Below, piece by piece: positions 56,223 to 64,000 of a stretch of DNA of 64,000 nt. Numbering within the stretch: the first letter of the stretch is position 1; every line of letters starts with the position of its first letter. Both the position numbers and the translations under genes were made by a program. The DNA is from Eledone cirrhosa (Eukaryota), in assembly GCA_964016885.1 (NCBI GenBank), contig OZ024750.1, forward strand, positions 15,872,001 through 15,936,000, in the 5' to 3' direction. Under the pieces are notes generated by a model. It saw only the letters and a list, made by a program, of their open reading frames with translations, had not been told where the DNA came from and did no database searches.

Positions 56223-56789
56223 GTCCAGGACACTAAGAGTTAGTTAACAAAGCTGTAACATTCATCAATTGCTGATTAAAATAAATAAAAAATAAATAAA
56301 GAAATCATTATCAGTAGTACCAGTAGTGGGACCTTATATTAATAAGTCATCATATTAATATATTTTATGCTAATATTATGTCACCAAATATGACCGTTAT
56401 TGGTTTCTTGTTGAGAGAAATCAATATAAATTATCATAGCATAATATTTATCTGGGGTTTGCTATACAAGGAGTAGAGAAGTAGGGGTTAAGATGTTGCT
56501 TTTACCATTATATGGCCTTGGGTTTGACTCCTGGACCAAGTGACACATGTTCCTGAGCATGACATATTTCTGAGGGCCCTACTATAATATACAACCTTGC
56601 AGGAAGTCAGCTAAACCTACATAGATGTGAGCTGTAGTAAATGTTGACTGCAGGACATGTATTTCCTTGAGCATTACATTAAGGGTTTATTATGTCTGTT
56701 GAATACTCATCGACTTGTACATTAATTTTAGGAATAGGCTGTTCTGTTGATTAACTCATAATCTCCTGTGCCACATGAAACTGCATTAA

Positions 56790-57001
56790 CCTTTTAGCAT
56801 TTAAACTGGCCGTATCCGGCTAGAATTCTCTCACCTCTTTCTGTTCAAATCGACTGTAACCAGCCAATCATACTGATGTTTAGGTATTGTTCTCAAAATA
56901 ACTAATATCAAAATCTCATAGATTCGATATTATGTGAGATAAAAAAGCTTTACCGTGAAAATATAATAGCATATATATAGAGTATTGAAAATGCTAAAGT
57001 G
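56790..57001. mobile_element. piggyBac-type MITE
   Basis: ttaa|ccttttagcat ... atgctaaagtg|ttaa, homologous to 58735-58941. Confidence 0.8.
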
Positions 57002-57219
57002 TTAACATTCTTGAAAAGTACAAAACATCAGTAAGACTGCATCACATTAAAAATCAAAGTCTTTACTGTATATTTTTACAATGGTCTGTCTACTAGTAAA
57101 GGCACTATAAATATTTGATATTTTCTTCTAAATTATTATAGGACCAGTGGAACACTCATTGTTGAAATTGACTGAAGTTCACTCCACTTCCATTCCTGTT
57201 TTAGTGTATTATTTAAAAG

Positions 57220-57510
57220 GCAGTATCGGTAGCGGGTCGGACGCCATGCTTGCCAGCATAGTTACGTCCCTTTGCGGTTTGAGTTCAAATCCCGCCGAGG
57301 TTAACTTTGCCTTTCATCCTTACGGTGTCCATAAAATAAAGTACCAGTAATGTACTGAGTAATTGATGGCCTTGTGCCTAAACTAGAAACAATTATTATT
57401 TTTTGTGGATTGGCATTATCGGTAAAGAGTCGGACACCATGCTTTGAAGCATAGAGTTACGTCCCTTTACGGTCTGAGTTCAAATCCCGCCAATGTAGAA
57501 ACAATTATTT
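57220..57510 (+). mobile_element. Dimeric S1 SINE just upstream of the splice acceptor
   Basis: A full unit, the junction aattattattttttgtggattggc, then a second, internally deleted unit. Confidence 0.85.
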
Positions 57511-57651
57511 AAACAATATTTCTTTTTCTTTCTTATTTCAGTGTCCAAGGATGAAATATCTGAGCAGCAGCTGGCCATTTCTATAACATTTATCTAGAAT
57601 TGTTGTCAGAGCTAGTTTGGATGAAGTAGAAATAATCTTTTCCTGAAAAGT

Positions 57652-57967
57652 ATGCCTCGAGTTAAGAAAAAGTCAGTGGAGTATGGTAATCGTAAACGTC
57701 GGAAACTAGCAGCTACGAAACGCAGTACTTTGTATTGTTCATCTCCCGTGGGTGACAGACAAAGTTTTCAGATGCAGGCAATGGATGATCAACTTGACCC
57801 TCTTGTAACACCCACATCATCATCATCTCCACCACCACCACCACCGCCACCACCACCACCACCACCACCACCACCACCAGTAGTCCCACCTTTGATAATC
57901 AGGTCATCCTCTTGTCCAACTGAGGCACAGACAGAAGAGAAATGTTTAGCTCAACCAAAAAAGGAAG
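57652..57967 (+). CDS. First coding exon of a large uncharacterised, probably nuclear protein (exon starts at 57542)
   Basis: Acceptor ttatttcag|t at 57541, in-frame upstream TGA at 57622, MPRVKKK...RKRRK (NLS-like), a poly-Pro tract, and donor gaag|gttagt in phase 1. Confidence 0.8.
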
Positions 57968-58234
57968 GTTAGTTACACCAACACCACATTTTGTTTCATT
58001 TTTGTTGGTCATTCATTTAGGATTTCTCTTAACCTCTTTCATGGTTTTCAAATCATTTTGAAAATAGTTAAGAATTTGGAGGGATTATTACATAAAATTA
58101 TGATGAAAGGTTTTTTTTTTTTCTAAAGATAAATATAAACATTTTAAACCCTTTCATCACCATGTTCCTAATAAAAAAAAAAGCACTACTTATCATTTTA
58201 AAATAATTTTAAAAATAATGAATTTAGGTTTGCT

Positions 58235-58470
58235 CCCTTCTGAACCTGCTTTGGGGTCTCAGAACGCACAATCTTTGAGCATCCATCCCATGCCTTCCAG
58301 GACAGGTTGCGGACCCATTGCCAGTTTTTGCCGCATGAAATGGGGCCAGAGTCCTCAAACACTCCTGTCAGAAGCAACTGTCTCCAACTGATCCGACTGG
58401 ATCCCGAAGCAAGACCAGCCAAGACCCTTGATCCATTTCCATGCAGCATTGCACTTCTTCCCCATGCATC
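58235..58470 (-). mobile_element. Possible old RTE LINE relic in the intron
   Basis: One minus frame reads CFGIQSDQLETVASDRSV*, resembling the RTE C-terminal GI...E..A.DR..W pattern. Confidence 0.4.
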
Positions 58471-58520
58471 ATAGAGGCTACTTTTGATATTGGTTTTGTT
58501 GTTTGTTTTCTTTTTAACAG

Positions 58521-58646
58521 ATATCAAGACAGAATCCAAATATCGGCCATTCCCAGAAACTAAATATTCTACTTTCCCAGAATCTCTCAAAGATGAGTCA
58601 CTAAGTGACATGGAAAAATCTGAAATACGTCGGAAATATCTAACTG
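58521..58646 (+). CDS. Coding exon 2 (126 nt, phase 1-1)
   Basis: tttttaacag|at ... aactg|gtaaga; open frame DIKTESKYRPFPE...RRKYLT. Confidence 0.82.
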
Positions 58647-58734
58647 GTAAGATATATTTTTGTATTGTATGTTGACAGACCCCCTCTTCTTGACCCCACC
58701 AATCTGGCAAAAATAGGATTTATTAATGCTTTAA

Positions 58735-58941
58735 CCCTTTAGCATTTAAACCGGCCATATTTGGCCAGAATTCTCTCACCTCTTTCTGTTCAAATCGGCC
58801 ATAACCGACTGCTCATAATTGTGTTACGGCATTGTTCCCAAAATAAATAATATCAAAATCTCATAGATTTGATATTATGTGAGATAAAGACTTTTCCGTG
58901 AAAATACAATATACATATAAAGTAATGTACATGCTAAAGGG
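58735..58941. mobile_element. piggyBac-type MITE
   Basis: ttaa|ccctttagcat ... atgctaaaggg|ttaa gives perfect TIRs and a TTAA TSD. Confidence 0.9.
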
Positions 58942-59575
58942 TTAAACTGTATAACATCTTGTAATGATTTAGCAAAAAAAGGTCTAAAACCAGGTTTGTT
59001 AATTCAAATGTTTATAGTATCTTAACTAGTGGACTGATCATTGTGAACATTTACAATATTAGAATAAAGACTTTAATTTTTAATGTGATACAGTCTTAGT
59101 ATTTTTCAGGAATGCTTGCTAATGTTTCATGTGGATTGTTAATTGAACTGTTTCTAGTACCATTACTAGGTGACAGATTGTGAAAATTTATTGTACACTA
59201 AAGACTTTAATTTATAATGTGTTGTAGTCATAGTGCGGTTTGGTATATTTTAAGTATGTATTGCTAATGTGGCCTGTCAATTCAAATGTTTATAGTATCT
59301 TCACTAATGGACAGAATGTTGTGAAAATTTGTAATAGACTGAAGATTTTCATTTTTAATATGATGCAGTCATAGAGTTGTCAATAAGTTTAGTTATCTTC
59401 TGTTTTGTCTCTCCCCCTTTCTAGATCTGCTGTCCAGATGTATATTTATGTTCTGTTGTGTCTCTTGCCCTGTCTAGATCTGTTGTCTAGATGTCTCTGT
59501 ATCTTCTGTTGTATCTCTCTACATCTGTTGTCCAGATGTATATTTATTTTCTATTGTGTCTTTCTTTGTGTCTAG

Positions 59576-59747
59576 ATCTGCTGTCCAGATGTATAATTAC
59601 CCCTGGCAAAGCTGCAGCTGCAGTGATGGCTGTTAAATGCAATTTTACTGCTTCCCCCAAGAAATCTAATGCTGGACGTAAACCAAGAGGACCAAATAAA
59701 CCAAAGGCTGAAAAGATAAATAAACAGTCTACGAAAATTTATGACTC
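59576..59747 (+). CDS. Coding exon 3 (172 nt, phase 1-2)
   Basis: gtctag|atctg ... gactc|gtaagt; DLLSRCIITPGK...AGRKPRGPNKPK, a basic and loosely AT-hook-like stretch. Confidence 0.78.
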
Positions 59748-60489
59748 GTAAGTGTTTCTGTTTCTGTTTCTTGTATTTGAGTGGGCCCCTAGTCATTGAA
59801 ACCTTTGAGAAACCTCATAGGACATTGGCTAAACCTACATAGGTATGAACTGTAAATTGTATACGACTGGTCTCTTGTCATTAAAACACCTGAGAAACCT
59901 CCTATGAGAGACAATCTTATATGAAGTCAGCTATACCTACATAGGTGTGAGCTGTGACAACATGAAAGAACTTGGGCCTCTAACAAACAACTCTTTGTAA
60001 TATGTCTGCAGTTTCTGGTAGTACTTTTATTCTGTATGTTGTAAGTCCTTGGGTTTTGGTTATGTATCTGTCTGTCTGTCTGTCTGTTTTTTTTTTATCA
60101 TTCCCAGAGCATATTACTACTACTGCTACTACTATGATAAAGGGTGATGGATTAGCAAAATTATTAGTGTTTTGGATTAAATGCTTTGTGGTATTTGTTC
60201 CGGATCTTTATGTTCTAAGTTCAAATCCCCAAATTGCTGGCATTGTGCCAAAAGTAGAAACAATTATTATTATTTTAGTGCAGGAGGTTGGCAGAATTGT
60301 TAGAGTGTCGGGCAAATGCTTTGATATTTGTTACAGCTTGTCTGTTTAGAGTTCAAATCCTGCTGAGGTTAGCTTTGCCTTTTACCCTTATGAGGTCAAT
60401 AAAATGAAGTACCAGTAATGTACTGGGGTCGATTTGGTTGACTCCCACCTTCTCTTCAAATTGCTGGCCTTGTGCCAAAAGTAGAAACA

Positions 60490-60520
<31 letters not shown>

Positions 60521-60556
60521 CCTGTGTTAAGTATTATTTTATCATTTCTTTTGCAG

Positions 60557-63500
60557 AGTTGCAAAATTGCCTAAACCTGAGACAATGGTTCCAAAGATAG
60601 CACCAGCACCAGTACCAGCAGTACCAGCACCAGCAGCAACAGCAACACCAGCAGCAGCAGCAACAACAGCAACAGCAACAACATCAACATCAACACCAGT
60701 TCATAATCAAAGTGGCCCTGTGAAAGGTGAAGTTATCAAAAAACCCGCAACCACCCCTACAACTCCAGCTAGCAACACACAGAAAGCATATGCCCTTTAT
60801 GTTGGGGGTCAACTTAAGTTCATTCTGCCATATAATGGTTTACTGGCGGCAACTAATACCAACCAGCCTGAGAGTGAGATGAAGAAGTTGATTTGTCGAG
60901 GTGTGAACGGCAGGACTGAAATAGCCCTGGCCAAACCCACGATTGTGTGTGATAATGAGAAGAAAAAGATTGTGTTTGTTGTCCAGAAAAAGGCCTCTGA
61001 TACACAGGCACCAATTGTGAATACGAAAGGACCAACGGACGCTAAAACTACAAAACCTTTGAATCTGTTTACATCAGGTTCGTTTCTCAACCATGGTATC
61101 TCGGATAATATGTTGAAGCTGTTGCTGCCAAGTATTATGACTTCTGAAGCATCCCCATCGACAACAGCAACAACAACTACAACTACAACAAAATCAACAG
61201 CCACAACATTACTTCCAACTGCTACCACCACCTCAACCACTGCTGCTGTTTCCAAGGTGACCCCTGCCAAAAGCCAACCATCTGGTGTAAGTAACTCTCA
61301 AAATGGTCCGACGTCAATGGACAAGTCGAAAGATATTTCTTCTGTCACCAACTGTGTCGATAATGGTGAGAAGGTGTCCACCTCTGGTGCTGCTGCCATA
61401 CTGACAACAACTACTACAGCTACTGAAACACTGACCACTACCACTACAACCTCCACCAGCACAACATCAACAACAATAACAGAAGCAAATAAAACACCTG
61501 CAGCATCAGAAAAACTCTCTGCAGCATCAGAAAAACCCTCTGAAGCATCAGAAAAACCCTCTGCAGCATCAGAAAAACCCTCTGCAGCATCAGAAAAAAC
61601 ACCTGCAGCTTCAGAAAAACCCTCTGCAGCATCAGAAAAACCCTCTGCAGCATCAGAAAAAACACCTGCAGCATCAGAAAAAACACCTGCAACATCAGAT
61701 AAAACACCTGCAGCATCAGGTAAAACAAATGCAGCATCAGAAAAACCATCTGCAGCATCAGATAAAACACCTGCAGCATCAGATAAAACACCTGCAGCAT
61801 CAGGTAAAACAAATGCAACATCAGAAAATATTCCTGCAGCTGCAGCATCAGAAAAAACTCCTGCAACATCAGAGGAAACTTCAGAAGATTCTAGTTCAGT
61901 CCGACCAGTAAAACTCTTCACACGAGATTCTGCTAGAAAGCTTTGTCCAACTTCTACAACGGCACCATCTGTTCCTGGCCCCACAATCTTGGATGCAAGT
62001 GAAGTGCCAAATAGCTCTGGGAAATCCCTGCTGAAGTTTTCTGCTGTCTTAAATGAAAACAACAAACAGTCGAAACCACAGTCACATAGAATAGCAACAA
62101 CCATAACAGCAACAGCCATAACAACAGCAACAACAACAACAACAACAACTGAAGCTGCTGCTACAGTAGCAGATCATACAACTCTGAAACCAACAGGAAG
62201 TCATTCTGATGGTTTAACCAGTCAGGACAAAGCTGAGAATTATGGGAAATCTGCTATTGATAATAGTGACACAGATTCTGTTGAGACTATAACACAGCAG
62301 AGTGAGTCTTTGACAGAAGACTCTCAGACAGATAGTAAAGAGGTACCACAAGATAATGACGAGACAGATAATGATAACAGTAATAATAATAACAATGAAG
62401 ACGAAGATGATGATGGTATGTTTGGGTTGAAGATCTCCTCAGTTTTCTCTTTAGCTGAAGAACAGCCCCGGTCGAGTGAGGACAATGCTGCAGTTTCACA
62501 ATTAGGGGGAAACTCTGGGTTTGTTAAATCAGCCCCAGACTCGAGTTTCTTCCCTGTTGAACAATTGCAAATGGATGGTTTGGTTGCAAATGAAAAGGTC
62601 CCAAATGAATCTAAATTCCAAAAGGTTTTAATTAGCACTCCTCCATCAATGAGTTCAGTGTCAAGTCCTCGCACTGTTGTTCTGAGCATGAATAGTGAGG
62701 CATTCACATCCCCCGCTCTGCAGCTGGCAATCCAAAATGCGCAGTTGAAGTTTGATAATGCCACAGATTCTGCTCGTCAAGGCACCTACAAAAAACACTC
62801 CAGTCCTCATCAGAAAAAAGCCCAAGTTATAAAATCCTCACAAAAAATTGACCAAGATTTGGTGGATAGGAACTTAAATAACAGCAGTCTGCCCTCTGGT
62901 TCTCAGAAGAGTAATTCCCAGAAAGAAAATGCTACACCAAAGAATTCCACCAAAACAGAAAAAACCGATGTGGATCATAAATATATTTCTGTTGACATCC
63001 GACGCCGCAATGGTCAGACTCAGGTTACTGCCATCACTAACCCAAACCTGAAGAAGGAATCTGCCAAGTCTATTGCAAATACCTTGGAAAGTGTATCCTC
63101 CATCACTTCAACTATTTTTACTACAACTACTACATCTACCACCACTACTACTACTGCTACTGCTAATAATCAAACCCAAACAAACAACCCCACTCGTCTT
63201 GCAGATGAGCTTCAGTGTGCTGCCCACTCGTTACCTATGGGTAAATATGTTTTCATCCCATTACCTGACAAGACGGTGGCAATTCCCTCTGATGGGAGCA
63301 AAACCAGTAGATCTGCCTACATTTTTGAAAAGAGTTTCAGTCAAAATTGTATGCAAGTTAAAATACCAAAAACTTTTCTTGCAACTTCTAAAGAATCTTC
63401 ATCATCATTACCATTACCAAACACTAATAACGGCTCACAGATGGTTTACCAGGCAAACAATGCCTCAAAGTCTTTGAACGAAGTTCTAACTCCGTCTGGA

Positions 63501-64000
63501 GATCCACTTCCAAATTCTTCAAAAGAGACTGTACCAACTCTGGAAGCACCACCTATAGTTACTGGTAAAAGAATACGAAGGCCAAAAAAACACACGGGTT
63601 TCGAAGAAGACATTGACTTCATTCCTCCAGTCAGGAAATATCGAAAGAAATCAAAATCCGTTCTGAAAGAGAAAAAGAGCATGGTGGTTGCCAGTGATCA
63701 GTTGTATAATCCGAAGAAGATGAAGACTTATGTGTCGTCAGCAGAAAATACAAACTGTTTATATTACATGAAGGAAGGTAGCAATAAAATTCAGTTGCTA
63801 GATGCTAAGTCAGAACTGGCTACTGTACTGCGATCAACTGGTACCTCTCTGGAAATCTCTAAAGTTGATCCAATAAATGGTCATCGGTTGCTACCAGCTT
63901 GCTCGACAACTGCGTTACCAGCTGTGACTACTGGAGCAGCTAAATTAGTTTCCTCCGTTGGAAACCCAGTCGATCAGTCATTGTATCAGAGTTCGAATCA
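60557..64000 (+). CDS. Giant coding exon 4 (>3.4 kb, open to the window end): Thr/Ala/Ser-rich low-complexity region with heptad repeats and basic clusters
   Basis: ttttgcag|a fits phase 2. The same frame translates cleanly at the start (VAKLPKPE...KAYALYVGGQLKFILP) and near the end (GKRIRRPKKH...RKYRKKSK). The track lists no stop-terminated ORF in this frame. Confidence 0.88.
61490..61872 (+). repeat. Coding 21-bp minisatellite, about 17-18 units of S-E/D/G-K-T/P-P/S/N-A-A
   Basis: gcagcatcagaaaaa(acac/ccct)ct is repeated in frame. Confidence 0.95.

Noticed and set aside
60809-62764. Minus-strand ORFs of 153, 273 and 146 aa
   Set aside because: Antisense shadows of the low-complexity plus-strand exon.

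Overview
AT-rich, microsatellite-dense animal DNA. The SINE families and the (TA)n/(CA)n/(TATC)n load suggest an octopus-like cephalopod; this is inference, not a database match. About 55 kb is a mosaic of transposon relics: tRNA-derived SINEs, CR1-, RTE-, Tx1/L1- and CRE-type LINE fragments, hAT/mariner/piggyBac MITEs and many Penelope-like element (PLE) pieces. One spliced + strand gene starts at 57652. It has three small coding exons and a giant exon (60557 to the window end) and encodes a low-complexity, probably nuclear protein. Most long ORFs in the track are microsatellite artefacts. Notable signals: (1) PLE terminal fragments sitting in (TA)n arrays as fold-back palindromes, with about 10 minimal hammerhead-ribozyme cores, including a 236-bp near-perfect palindrome with one core per arm; (2) a Tx1-like retrotransposon found only in (TATC)n arrays, with four copies stacked in one array; (3) evidence for a multimeric SINE source element; (4) a tandemly duplicated splice acceptor where only one copy keeps the frame. 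All alignments and folds were done by eye, so boundaries are approximate to a few bases unless a TSD or splice site is quoted.
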